Below are positions 14,401 to 29,400 of a stretch of DNA of 64,000 nucleotides, piece after piece. The notes under the pieces were generated by a model, which saw nothing but the letters and a program-made list of their open reading frames with translations, was not told the DNA's origin and did no database searches. Position 1 is the first letter of the stretch; the number at the start of each line of letters is the position of its first letter. Position numbers and translations under genes: made by a program. Source of the DNA: Balanoglossus misakiensis (lineage: Eukaryota > Animalia > Hemichordata); the NCBI GenBank assembly GCA_040954595.2, contig CM082576.2, positions 15,671,028 through 15,735,027 of the forward strand. The letters are read 5' to 3'.

Positions 14401-17400
14401 CTGAACATTTGCTGGCTATACGCATGTGCATGAGAAGATCTATTGCCTTTAAGACAGTTGAGGGTGAAATGCAGCTCCACATACAAACTCAGGCCATAAC
14501 AGTTTTACACTTATGCCAATCTTTACACGTACAACTGAGAACGCTGCTATAAAAAGCTTGGAACTGCTTCGGAATTCCTGATCATGGCTCAGGTCAAACA
14601 AATGTTGATGGTATCAACAGATACATGTATGCCTGGAAGTTGAAAAGATGCATGCAAAGCAAGAACACCCACAGCATACTGTGTTGATACAGACTTGCAA
14701 AAAGGATTGCTGGAACGACATTGGAGGCGAAACACCTGGCACCCTCTCTTTCCAATGTCAGCCAACAATTTAAGAGTATCCCCCCTAAAATCCAGTTCGT
14801 ACTTTTCCTAGCTAATTTTTTTAAATAGCAGCTCTGATATAGTAAAACCTGTTTCAGCTGAACCCAGTTTAACCTGGACACTTGTCTGAACTGAACATCT
14901 CTTTTCCAGCAGCCCCCTTCACATAGGACAGTAACCTCTGTAAACCAAACACCTCCGTCTGAAATCCATACAATTTTCTCAATGCATTTGGTGTCTAATT
15001 TAGACTGGTTCCAGTCTACCTGGACAACCAAAGATTATCTGACTACACCGGCCTACAGAACACAGTGAATAGCTAGAAAATCATAACATCTAGTTATAAT
15101 TCTGAGAAGTTTTCTGTGCAGTGATGTGTATGTATATTTTTGTTTGATTAACAGGTTGTCGGGCAACAGGTCACATATGCCCGCTGCTGAACACAAAAGA
15201 CACAATCGGTTCCTTGACATTTTCACTCTAGAGTCTGGACACTGTCTCAAGGTTACATATTTCTGTTTTGTTGCTACGCTGGATTTGAGTGCGACGCATA
15301 CCGACATGCCACATATTACCATGAGATGTATTCACAAGATCGAAAGCTGTCAGTGCCTAACCACAGCAATAGTATTCGACAGCTTTTACAACATTATCAC
15401 TGAAAGTTTTTTGTCTGTCTGTCTGTCGGTTTTTAGGGTTTCGAGACCCTCTGGTCTCGAAACCCTCTTGAAATCGTGTTGTTTTTTATTATTATTCTTC
15501 TTCCCACTCTTAAAAACACCCGCTATTCGAAGACCGTTGCACCCAATGACTTGAAATTTGGCTCATAGGTAAATCTCAAAGCAAGTAATTTTCTGATCAT
15601 GTAACTATGGCAACAGGTCACATGACCTGGCAGCCATCTTGGATTGAAAGTTTAAAATTGATCTCATTTGCATAAAAAATGACGAATCAAAATTCTTTGA
15701 ACAAACTTTGTGGACCATATGGCCAGGGTCCTATATGCAAAATTTCAATGTTCAAGTCTTTGCCGATTTTGAGGAGATGATTTTTAAAGCATTATTTTTC
15801 ATATTTTTCAAGACCATTGGACCCAGCCTTAGGCCTATACTTTCCATAGTTAAGCTATGGCCACCTAGGATCTTAGATTTATGCCCAATATCTCAACATC
15901 CGCTGGGCTGATCAGCTTCAAATTTATTGTGCAGCTAGCCTACCTTCCAACAATCAGTTCCAACTGGAAAAAATAATATGAAAAATCGACCGATTTTTTT
16001 ATATTAATTTTTTTATGAAATCTATACCTATACGTATTCCACTATAGTTAAGCTATGGCCAAGTCGTTTTGTAGAATTCTGGTTGGTGCAATAGTCCTAT
16101 CGGCCAGTGTGCAGCATAGGACCACAAAAAGAAGCCAAATTAATTCAAGGGTCACCTGTGACACCTGCCTAACTCATTAATTATGTGCATACCTAATTCG
16201 AGGCAAACCAATAGGGCTACAGGTCTGATTTTTGTTAGACATGGACCAGTATGGGGTCAAATTATCCCCCGAAATTTGGGGTGACCTTGAGTGACCTTTG
16301 ACCTTCTTCCGCATATCTCGGCATCCAGAGCAGGTACAGCTTAGGTGTTTGGGTGGATGGTACCAAAATAAGAAGCCAAATTCAAGGGTCACCTGTGACA
16401 CCTGCCTAACTCATTAATTATGTGCATACCTAATTCCAGGCAAACCAATAGGGCTACAGGTCTGATTTTTGTTGGACATGAACCAGTATGGGGTCAAATT
16501 ATCCCCCAAAATTTGGGGTGACCTTGGGTGACCTTTGACCTACTTCCTCATATCTCGGCATTTACAGCAGGTACAGCTTAGGTGTTTGGGTGGATGGTAT
16601 GAAAATAAGAAGCCAAAATTTAGGGTCACCTGTGATTCCTGCCTAACTCATTAATTATGTGCATACCTAATTCTAGGCGAACCAAGGGGGCTACAGGTCT
16701 GGTGTTTGTTGGATATGTACCACTATGGGGTCAAATGTTTTTGCCCACATTTTGGGTGACCTTGGGTGACCTTTGACCTACTTCCTCATATCGCGGCATC
16801 CAGAGCAGGTACAGCTTAGGTGTTTGGGTGGATGGAACCAAAATAAGAAGCCCAAATTTAGGGTCACCTGTGACACCTGCCTTACTCATTAATTATGTGC
16901 ATACCTAATTCCAGGCGAACTAACAGGACTACAGGTCTGGTGTTTGTTGGACATGGACCAGTATGGGGTCAAATTTTCCCCCCAAATTTCGGGTGACCTT
17001 GGGTAACCTTTGACCTACTTCCGCATATCTCGGCATCCACAGCAGGTACAGCTTAGGTGTTTGGGAGGATGGTACCAAAATAATTAGCCAAAATTTAGGA
17101 CCACCTGTGACACCTGCCTAACTATGTGCATAACTAAGTACACACGAACCAATAGGGCTAGATGTGTGGTTTTTATTGGACATGGACCAATATAGTGTCA
17201 AAATTTTCTGCTCATATTTAGGGTGACCTCACATGACGTTTGACCAACTTTCCCACATCCTACACCCTGACTAATTAAATATGCACATATCTATCTCCAG
17301 GCGAACCAATAGGGCTAGCAGTGTCTCGAAACCCGCTTATTGCTGTTCACAGCTATATTTCTGTTTGGTTCTTTCAATCACTGACTGCTGATATCATTGC

Positions 17401-20400
17401 ACACAAGATTTCTAAACATCAAGTGAGTAAAATTCTTGTAGGATTCTCCAGGAGTTAAGCAAGTTTTTTTAAAAACATACAACAACAATGTGGCACGTAC
17501 AGGGAATACACACTGATTTGACTCACTGTCTACGCGAGTGTTAAAATTTGTCGGTACCAATTACAACGACATGCCTGAACAACCCAGGAATTTTGGTTCA
17601 CACGTGTAAAAAGGTGAATGTATGCATGTGATGTTTGTTTGCATGATGCATATCATCCAGTACAGGCCACCTGGATGGTAGCTTTTAATATTTTTTTTCC
17701 CGCGTCACCTGGAGCCATACATGTATGTCTAGTCTGATTTCAAACTTAGGATATGAGAGTAAAAAATCTCGCCAAAATGAATAAATGATAAACACTGATT
17801 ATTCATTTTGGCGAGTTTTTCACTCTCGTGTCTGCAAGTGGGATGGAAGTTGTGTGTTGTTGAACGTTGATTCACTATATATCCACATGTAGAATAACAT
17901 AAACGATGTCTTGTATCAAACATAGTTAATGGAAAAAGGGCAGCAAGCGAGAGAGACTTTGTCCCTTTAACACTGAATTTGAATCCATGGTATTTCTTTC
18001 TTAGAATTACAAAATTATGGGGGAATGTTAGTGCCTCCATTATAGGCACTCTAATAAACTCTAACCATGAACTTCACTGTTCACAGCATGTATGTTGTGT
18101 GTTGGAGAAGCTATCATGTCTGCAATAAGAGTAAAGTCTGCTATGGGTGAGTGATTTTACAACTTCTGACTAGAATGGGAAACCACTGAGCCATTTACAC
18201 AAACGAGGCATGGGTGCTTCCAGAAATTACTGTGCACTGACCATTGAGGCCAGAGTCACTTTTTGCCAGAATCTGCCAAAGCACCTGTTGAGAGGTGTTT
18301 GTAGGGAGAGGTGTTTGTAGGGAAGGTATCTCTGCCATTTGATTGACACATCACTGCAGGACTCTGCCTCGGAACTGGTGTAACAGACCAGTAACTGAGG
18401 GTCTGGTTGTCGCAAGAGGCATATAATTCAAATCTATGCAAGTTGATTCCCCATGGAGACTTGTACGCTAGTGATGGAATGACACACTGGGTACTGTGTT
18501 CAGAGGACAGATAATTTCTCTCTGAACATCTCCCCTGGGATGGTGGCCGTGCAGTAGAGCTGAAACATACTACATTGTATCAGTATAGCCCACGGTAATT
18601 AACACAAGAATGCTGGGCGACCTTGTGTTACGGTGACCCTGTTGATATAAATCACCATGGCAATATTGTGTTTCTGACTACCTGGACAAACAATTGTTAA
18701 AGGCTACTAATACTATCAAATCATTTGATGTGAGCCGCTGAATGACCACCACCTTGATGCCATGATTTTTGCCATGAACTTTTCCGATTCTAGCAGTAAT
18801 CCATTCGTGACAAGGGACCACGCAGGGAACTACATGTGATCGTCACTCTACCTAGTTTAAGGTTGTATGCTCCTCAAAAAGCACAGTCTTAAAATTTTTT
18901 TCTCATAGTTTGATCCAGACAGCTTTACATTTTTCTTTCTAAAAATTTAGAACAAAAATTATTGGTCACCATGCAAAATTTTGAATGAGAGAGCAAAATT
19001 GTCTAAAATAAAAAAAATGGCTGCCAATCTCTGCGTTAATTCTATGGAGAAAAATTAAACCAGCCATTCTTATGAAAACAATTTCTGACTTAAAAAAACC
19101 CACTCTACACTCTTTAATACAGAACAGAACTGAACAGTTTGGTGGACAATAACTTTTCTGAAAATCTGTCTCCAAGGCATGTCCTACAAGTTAAATAAAA
19201 ACTTGATTGATACACAGTGTATGAGTATGTAGCTTAAAGGGGAAATGCACAGCTGATCCTCAAATGTTTCCCTTTTGTTTCCCAATAAACAGTTCTATGC
19301 CACAGACAAAAGGTTTATTGTTTAAATCGATACCCACAATAACACTTATTGGCCTTAAGCTGACCCTGAAAGGATTTCAACAAGACCAAGGTGACTGCTA
19401 TGATATTGGGAAGAAGGGAAATCAGTTCATGATATTCTGTAGCAAAACATGTTACACTAAAAGAAAATTTGACCCAAAGTGATGTTTTTTGTATTTTTCC
19501 CCAAAGTGCTGATAAGTATGGAAAAACTCAAAAGAAAAACCTTTTGCTGGTATAACTTTATTATGTCAATAAGGATTTCTGGAAATAGCTGTTATTTTGT
19601 TTTTATTCCAAAATGCTGACAAAGGGCTTTTGCATCTTGCCCCCCCCCCCCCCCCCCCCAAAAAAAAATATATGCACGTTAAATTACTAAGTAAGCCATT
19701 TATATTCTCTATCCACAGAGAAAGGTCAAAAGGTCAGAATAAAATCAAGGATAAGGTCGACCTCCACAAGGCACCAAGAAAGGGCCAAGGTTAAATGAAA
19801 CCCACAATGAGCCAAGAGAACTCTGTTATTAGTCGGCACATACAAAGGTTGCCAGACAACTTATTCCTTCAGTCTGTATCTTCAAAATGGTCTGCCACTG
19901 CAGTAAACCTTGAGGAGGCCTCTCACTTGGTAGTGAGCTTGTTAGGAGGGATGGGGATGCAGAGAAGTATCATCTTGTCAGGAGTGGGGTTTATGTGGAA
20001 AAGACAAATCTGAATTAACAAGTGAAAGTCTAAAGGGACAAATTTTCATCATCATAATTAAAAAAAATCTCAAGTCATTTCAGGAACTTGCAGACTCATC
20101 ACAAATCTGACTTAATGACCACCAAATATAAAGCTCTTTGGTTTCGAAAAAGATGAAACTGCAAAAGCTGATAATGACCGGAATAGAAAAGGTGACAATC
20201 GACGAACCAGTTTGGGTTGAACTTTACAATTTAGTTAATCAAAAATCAGTGAATCCACTAATGAGTTTTGTTAAGTCACCAACTGAGAATTGAGATCAAA
20301 TATATTACTTGGTGAAAACTAAGGCATTAAAAGAAAGCTGCACGTGTTGTCTGTGACAGGTGAACAGCATTTACAAAATTAATGTCAGTGAAAGTACAAC

Positions 20401-23400
20401 TAATAATTACTGTAATGTGTTTGCTATTACCCACACTCAAATGTCAAGTTATGCTACATTAAGTGCATGACTTTGACTAACCTACAAAATCCATTAAACT
20501 AGTATCTATGTACAAGGCTATCGTGCTTTAAATCAAAATAATGATATCTGTAAAAATAGCATGAAGGACACTGTGCTCCTATTTTATCTAAATTTATATA
20601 CACAAGTGCATTAGGTAGATTTCCACTCATAATGATCAATTTCCAGCACAAACTCATCTTTAGCAAAGAGTCTTAAAAGGTATAATGTCACCGATGCATT
20701 TTTAACTACTGTTACCATGGAAAATTCAGATGTAGCCAATGACAGATTTTCAGTGGGTGGCACATCTCAATTTAAGGTCATCTTGACCATTGAGAAATTT
20801 TGTGACATCTGTGTCTGCTGTGTACAGACACAAAGGAAAGCGTCATATAAACCATTTCTAAAACAGGATTATTGACATCACCTCCCCCTTTAATTGCTAT
20901 TCTACAAATGTTTCAAATGCTAGCCTTCAGTTTCAAGGTCATAATAATATTGGCACATGTTGCATTTATGTAGGACTAGTTAGCTTTGTTGATCGCATCA
21001 CCATAACAACACATCTTAACTTCCCAGGATTCTATTTCTGGCCAAAAAGATGAAATGATGAGCGATAAGAAACAGTGCGACTTCTTTCTTTACATCGGTC
21101 AATCATTTCCTGAGAGTCTTGTAAAGCTAACGATACATGAAAGGGGAACTCTAATGGGAAGTAAATTGTAAGCTGACAGTTACTTACGACTTGGCATTAG
21201 AGTATGAACAATGAATGCACTGTACTGCGTCAGGTTTTCCTCAAGCTACAAACTACACAAAATGCATCGCAACCTTTGGCAAAACCTGGGCCCTGTGGAC
21301 ATTATATTTCAGTCCCTTCTTTTCAACTATTTTATTGCCAGACAAATGAAGATTTGACAGCCTTCAGGGGTAAGGTCTGAGTTAATGGTTTATGCCTTTT
21401 GTCAAATGGCTGGCATTCATCAATGATTATTTGATCTGACAGTAGTGCTCTGGTTCAGTTGATGCAGGCAGGAAATCTGTTTATGCAAAACAAAATCATG
21501 TGAGCTTTAAACGATTATACACAATACCAGTACCGGTAGTTTCTCTTGAAAGACAGCACATGCATACTATACATGTACATGTATGTGGTCATGATTGAGT
21601 TCAACTTTTTGGTTTACACTGTGCAATGGTGTCACCTGTGAGCTTGTGCATTACATGTACATGTACATGTATTAAGGATGTACGTTCGTCAAAATTGAAA
21701 GTATTGTCATTTCTTTTCATTGATGGATTATCTTGTGTCTGTATAATGAAAATCCATGATAAAATATAGGGGTCACCGCGCTTGTTTTTGAAATACAGAG
21801 CCATGAATTTAGTCGACAATAGAAAAAAACTGCTGACTCAGCATTTTTCACCAATGGTTTGTCTATGGGCGAAAATTTTAACGAAATTTACCTCAAAATA
21901 GAGCCTGGTGGCCATACGATTTTATTTGACCAATAAATTTATATTTACTTGACTGAGCTATGTGTAAAATGTCATGAAAATGACAATAGTAGAAGTTTGT
22001 TTTCTAGCGATTATCAATGTAATCCTATGGGAAAAAGACAAGTGCGTGCAGTTTTCTGGTTTATGTTCTGCACGTACATCCTTAAATTTTTTTCTATAAA
22101 AAAAAATGCCTAAAAATGTACACTGCTTGTCAACACAACCTATGCATGTATACCTTGCATTAGACATGCTCAGACCCAATTAAACTGACATTTCAGGTGC
22201 GCTATTTGCACTTTATAAATGTTGAGGATTAATAGTTTGAGTCCAAATGTGTCCATATGTACAAAGTGAAGTTTATGTTTTTGATATTTAAACCAGTTCA
22301 ACGTTCAAAATGTGTATATGGAATTTGCTTAGTAAACAAGATTACAGGAGCAACTGATGTAGTTGTGGGTTTTCCTTGATTTTTTTTAAATGGATGCATG
22401 TGTCTAGACATAGTATGTCGTCATCTTAATGGTTTGAATACAGACCAAATGAGATCATGTACTGATTTAAGTGTTGGTTGTCTGGTGTATATAAGTTAAG
22501 TGGGTGCTAAAACGTCTTAATCCTTTACATAGAATATTGATCACCGACTCAGGTCGGGTTGATCTTCCCCACCATCACAAATCTGAGCTGTTTAGGATTT
22601 AGTGAACCATTTACACGGGAATTTTATACCACTTTCTGATCTAGACCATTTCAGAACTGTCTTGATGAGCTGTCTGAATGTGGCAATAGATACTGTTAAA
22701 AGGTCCACTATCTGTAGTAACTTCTGGCTATTTTTGTCAGTATCTGTATTGTGTGCATCATCGATCATGGTTTCTTGTTCGTCTCCCTGAGGCAGGGTTA
22801 AATGCGTAGTGTTTTAATAATCTTGTATAAATACACGTGTAGGTCGTAGCCTCGACATTGTTATTGTTTAAAAATTGCATTCAAATCTGGACTTGAATGC
22901 ACTTATCAACAATAACAATGGTCTGAACACATACACATGACCAGCAGAAAACAGGGTGTTTGGATGCTGTAGGGAAGAAAACTAGAAAATTTAGTTGATA
23001 CACAAAATAAAAAAATAGCCGGAGGTTAGTGGCCTTGTAATGGTGAACAGTGTGTCAAGTCTCTTGTTTCTATGCTACAGGGTCAATTGTTTGTCCCTAT
23101 AGACATGTCCAATGGTCTATGCTTGCTTCTTATAAACAATTGGAATTTTGTATCAAATGGAATGGTTCACAGATACCAGCACTATAGATAACAGACGACA
23201 TCTGAAGTATTATTTTGCACAGCCATAAAAACCTGCATCTTCACTCAAATGAAACTGAGAGGTCAAAGGTCACCTACCTCAGGATAGAGAGGATGAAATT
23301 TGACATCAGAGACGACGTCTGTGTGTCCAGTTAGCCGGTGCACGTAGGTTCCAGCTCTGATGTCAAAAATATACGCCTGCAACGTAAAGGAGAAAACCAT

Positions 23401-26400
23401 TGATTTACACTAATTTTCAACTGATTTATTGCCACAAAATACCTGGTGTGTACAGTCATGTTGTATTTCATCCGGTTTAAGAGTGCACTCATAAACAAAG
23501 TCTTTTTCCGCTGCACACTACACTGCAAATCAACTTAAACTGCACACTATCACATATTACATGAATTTTGGGTACTGGTGCACATAATGTCACGTACATT
23601 CCTTCAAAAGTACAATTTTTTTCTTGCCAAGACACAATCTTTAAAATGAAACAAAACATTAAACCATCACCAAGACAACAATGATTTGCAGTGTGCCCAT
23701 ATAACACACCTCAATGGACAATACAATGAAAATACATAACTACGACATGTGATGTTTCATGGTCAACCTTCCATCACAATGCTCTACAAGAAAGAAGGCT
23801 TTTACGACTTGGGTGCATGTAAGATGCAAATAAAAATATCAAAAACTCCTATTGTGATCTACCATGTCTTTGCAGTCACAAAGGTGAAGACTAGACACAG
23901 TGAACTGTTGTTTTGCTGTTTACATTTTGCTTTAGTCACTGCAGAGACACATGTCTAGCTTCACACATGACAGAACACAATCTTCTATTGAGAAAGGTTT
24001 TAATCACCTTCAGCAGGAAAAAGAACACACACCTGGAGGGGAGGAGTCGGCAACAATATCTATGATCATAAAGCTATTTTTTGCTCTTTTAGTCTGCTCC
24101 TCTAACAATGTCCCGGGCTCCCTTGAGTTCTAAAAACACAGTTTCAATGCCGACATTGACACCCAATTTTCTCGTAGTCCTTCAGTTGCAGCCTTGCGTG
24201 CGAAAATGACAGCCAGTTCAATTATCACCAACAAATCTTGTGGATGGTTGCTGACATTAACATGCACATGCTGGCATGCATCTCAACTGGAAAAAGGTCA
24301 ACAACCTTATGTGAACTTCTGAAAGGGGAGAATCAATTAAACTACGTGTGGCAGACGACAACTAGTCTAAGTCGTCAACAATCTAGGATTTGAGGACGTC
24401 GGCTCAACTTTGCTGAGATCATCCCCAAAAAATGAATCACAAAAGCACACAGGTATTACTGTTTTATAGGCAGGACCTCAAACCAAAGGATGTGCAGGTC
24501 AAAGGTGAATAAGAATATCACCCCAATCTCTTTCCCCAGTTTTCTTCTAGAATAAATAATTTCAGAAATGTCTGAGCTGTATTCTTGATTTTTTTCACCT
24601 AAAAAATAAAAATAAACACATCCCCATAAATACATTACATTGAGTGCCATTATTCCAATGAGGTGGCAATTTCTGTACCTAATCCAAAATCAGGTATCAT
24701 CATGCGACAATTGGCCAACTGTAGCAGACTCTGAACTGGTAGCATTTTAATGGGTTTAGAACGTCTTGATAATCCCCCCTCTTGGTCGTGCTGTGGTGCA
24801 GTTCGTCTCTCTCTGTCCCACTCATTACAATGTCACAATGGGGGCTTCAGACAGACATTATTAGACGTGTCTGGCTTTTTTTGTCATCATTCATGACGTG
24901 GCATGCCAAAATAGACCATTTCCTGCACGCCTTAACCACAAATATGTCTGATGGGAGAAGGAACAACAAAATAAGGGTGCACAGCTGTAAAGTGACATGG
25001 TAACTATCCTCCCACGCCAACCAAAAAATGTGCAGTCGAATCTTTCAACTAATAGTGCATACAGCAAACACGTCACATTCACAGTTTGAATTTCTCCATT
25101 TTGGAATTCATAAAGGTGCAAACTACTCTACTGATGGCACAGATTCTTTTGCAACGACTAAATCGTAAAAAACAACTTATTCTGAGCTATCAAGATGGGG
25201 ATCGAGTTAAACAGGTCAACCAGCCCCGACTGACAATGAGGCATTATGGGTATATATTATCAAGGGGCAAGGTGACCCAAAGCTGCACAATGATCACTGC
25301 AAATAGTTGACATGTGGGAGAGAATTTACCATTCGATTCACAGTCAGCATTTTTTCGCCAACTATTTTAAAACATGATTCCAGGCGTTTCAAATGCTCAT
25401 TTGTTCAGTTGCAAGGATTTTGTGACATACATCATGAAGATCAAAATTAATCGCAGAAAATCATTACCAAATATATTTTCCAATATCAGAACAAAATAAC
25501 TATGTGATTTATGAAGTCAATCTGAAGTACTTATACAAATCAAATACTAAATCAATACCTCAGTTTTTGATCATTACCGCCACCTTTTTTCTAGCTCATA
25601 CTTGGCATATTTTGGCTTTGATATGGTGTAGGTGATCATCGCTGTAAAACAAAAATCTAATCATTTAGTTGGAAAATATGGAAATCTCTCGATATTTTTG
25701 CTCCTGCCAGCTTCTCAAATGACTAATTAGAACCATGGCACTCTGAGGCAATGCTTTATCTGTTGCTGTTCACTTCAGAATGCTGAACTTCAGTTTTGCT
25801 GTTAGTTGTACATGTATATAGCTTCAATTCATACACTGAAAGGAACCTATTCAAAAGATTCTTCCTGCAGCTAGGCTATAGAAACTGTAAAACTTGTAAG
25901 ATAGAATACAATTTTGAAATCAAGTCTTTGGAGACTCTTGGCAAAGTCACACACACTTAGCTTTGAGAATTGTGATGCAAAGCCAAAAAGGCTTTTGTTG
26001 TGACTTAATTTTCAGCCGTCTCACCTATTTAAAACACTATTGAATCTTTGCTTTTCAGTAAATTTTTTCTCAGATGCAAATTTTCTCGGTTGGATTCAAA
26101 GTCATGTCTGTTCACAATGACCGGAGTAATTTCTGAAACACTCACAATCTTTTCAGCTGCCAATCATTTCTCTACACACAAACACATCCAGGTTCTTATG
26201 CTATAGTCACGTAGAGGCACGTGCATGTCCTTGATAGATGAAGGGATTTGTAACAGATGCAATTGCAGAATTTGAATGTTCTTACTCCTTAATGGTAATT
26301 AACACTGACTTGAATCCAAGTGAATGGAAATTGCTTCAGTCACAATGCATAGTCAGTGATGGTTCAGACACGAAAAAACAGTGTCAAGGACGTTTTGCTC

Positions 26401-29400
26401 TCATTTGATCAGAATTGGTACATTAAAATGTGCTGCATACTAAATCCACAATAATATATATATGACATAAAACTACAAAACACTAAATGAATAAAATCTG
26501 AAGATTCCTAATCCAAAGACCCTGCAGCCCAAATTCAAGAACTGGGTGAGTACTCTGGAAAAAAAACACTAAAATATCTTAACAAAATTTAACAGAAATT
26601 GCCAAAAGTGGAAAAACAGAACAAGTTACAATGTTGTATTATCATCATAATTTTAAAGACCATAACAAGAACACCCCAAGGACCCACCAACCAAGTCTGC
26701 CTGGCATCAATCCGTCCAGAATAGAATTTAGGAAAACAAACTTTGCGAAATAGGAAACACGTAAGCAACCCCTGAGCAGACTATCAGTGCTGTGCGGCAA
26801 TAACCCGTACTCTCTGAGGGGAATATGTATTCAGGATGCTTAAAAGCCCTGCTTCCTGTTTTTGTGGTTTTTTGTCTTTTGACAGTCTGGCCCGCAGACT
26901 TTGGGGCGCATTCCTTATCAAACTGACACCAGGTTCAAACTCTGAAGAAGAAAAAAACATGTCAAAATGTCAATGCAAAAGTAGGTTAAATATTCTCAAG
27001 AATAATTTATTGCGCAATGTTAGGGCATATTAATGTTACTAATTTACCCGCACGACAAACATAGCTGATACGACGACCGGTTGAAATTGGCCTGCCATCA
27101 AGTTGTGCACATTGGTATGCTGAAAAGGCTATAGCTTTATAAATACCGCTGCAGACAACCTTTCAACAGGTCCCTGGTTCCACCATTGTTGCAAGAAGCC
27201 ATAGCTACAACATGCCACAACTAACCCCTGAAAGGACACTGCAAAATGAACTTTACATCACTCATATTCTCTTAAAGGGACAAAGTCTCTCTCTCTCGCT
27301 GCTCTTTTTCCATCAAACATGTTTGATACAAGACACCGTTTATGTTATTCTGCGTGTGGACATATAGTGAATCTACATTCGACCACACACAACTTCCATC
27401 CCACTTGTACACACGAGAGTGAAAATCTCGCCAAAATGAATAATCAGTCTGTACCATTTATTCATTTTGGCGGGATTTTTACTCTCATATCCTACAAACG
27501 GGATGGCAGTTGTATGTGGTTGAACATTGATTCACTATATATCCACATGTAGAATAACATTAACGGTGTCTTGTATCAAACATAATTAATGGAAAAAGAG
27601 CAGCGAGAGAGAGACTTTGTCCCTTTAATGTTCACTGAGACTTCAGTGTACGTCATTTGCATGACTCGTCATGCACATCTAAATCAGTCATTTCAGTCAT
27701 TAAATGAACTTCTGGATGATGGGAACTGAGAAAAAGTGTTTACAAATCACAGGTACGTGTACCTCCTCTCACACACTTTATACATCTTTCCAAATTTCCA
27801 AAGATGTGATGAATAAATATAACATATTGCGAATGAATCAATGAGACACGTGTTAATATTGGTTGATGGCCACCATGAAATCTGAGGTCACACACTATAG
27901 GGTCAAATGTCAAGATAACTTGTCTTGATTTCAACTTCCAGACTGATCATTCCTAACAGATAAAAACAAATTAAATTATCAAAGAGCTACAAATAAAATT
28001 TTTAACATTAGCACAATCAGTGCAAACAAGGTTTCTATAAATCATTTTGACAGTAATTGAGTAGTATTGGAATATGTTATACTTTTGATCATTTTTGCAT
28101 TTTTCAGCCTACCCGGATCATCTATGCATTAAACACCATGATGATAGGTGTGGTCATTCTCAAGGTTTTGGAGTTTATGGACCACCCCATACCCATACAG
28201 TACCTCCTGGCATAAACAGGTACATATATAATGAAAACACACACACACATATACACACACACTCCCACCTTTACAATTGTTAAAATAAATGAGATATAGC
28301 TAAAATTGCAAATATGTTCCTATTGTCCTCAACAGTAATAGTACCTATAAAAATACCTCCATCACGTGATACACTCACACATAAATCCTCATTCTTTGTG
28401 GATAATCTTGTGAAATTTACATTCCATGGTTGGTTAGTTGGTACCAATTTTCTATCCATCCGGTGACACATGTGCTGTTCTGCGCACACTACACCCAGAT
28501 GCATGGTACACTTATAAATATTATCTGTCAACTATCAGACAGTGAAATCAAGCTAAAAGCACAATTTGCAAATAACTATTATTTCCAAGTTCGTGGCATA
28601 ATATTACGGTAACAGTGACAGCGTATAGGCGCAGGACACCCCCTCCCATAGTGAGTATGCATGGACTTCAAAGGAAATCATTTGAATCTCAGATGCATGG
28701 TGGATATCAATTTCACCAATGCATGAATTTCATGTAGTGTGTTTAATTGTATGGTCAACTTTGGACAGTACCTGATCAAACATCGCGGCGTCATTGCTTT
28801 TAATTTGTCATGCACTGAACAACTGAATTATATTGATACTGCTTTTTTGTACAGTGCCTGTTTTGTCATAGGTTTACTTATTACCCTCCAACACTCCTCC
28901 ACAGCGATAGCAATCACTTGTCAGCCGGTCGCAACTCTTCAATCATTCGATTATCCAATACCAGATAGTGCGGTCAAATCAATACTGACACTTGCCAATT
29001 TGTCTGACTACTACAACTAAACTCCAGACATGAAAACACTTGAAATTTGACCATTCACAGCATAATTGTTTCTGTCAACACCATGTGTATACACAAGCCA
29101 GCTCGCTCAAACCCCTTAACAGCTCCACAGATCCTGGTTACACAAAACAAGCTACAACCATGCGCTTTACTTCTATAGTTCCTCCAAATGTCTAACCAAT
29201 GCCAATATGAACACAATTCCGTTTTTTTCTACCATGTTATTTATAACTAAATAAATTAAGATTTACCTTATGTTATTTTTTTTATTTTTGAAACAAAAAG
29301 AAAGTTTGCAGCTTTCAACTATGAAAATAAAAGAAACCTTATATCTTCTCTTTCACTCAAAATTACAGTTTGGTTACATGCCAACTGGCACATGAACAGA

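Noticed and set aside
14049-15031. ORFs of 167 and 145 aa
   Set aside because: No recognisable motif; they overlap repeat fragments and are possibly decayed TE sequence, which cannot be supported by eye.
16144-17320. Regularly spaced repeats as a CRISPR-like array
   Set aside because: The whole ~238 bp unit repeats with no unique spacers; eukaryotic context and no cas genes.
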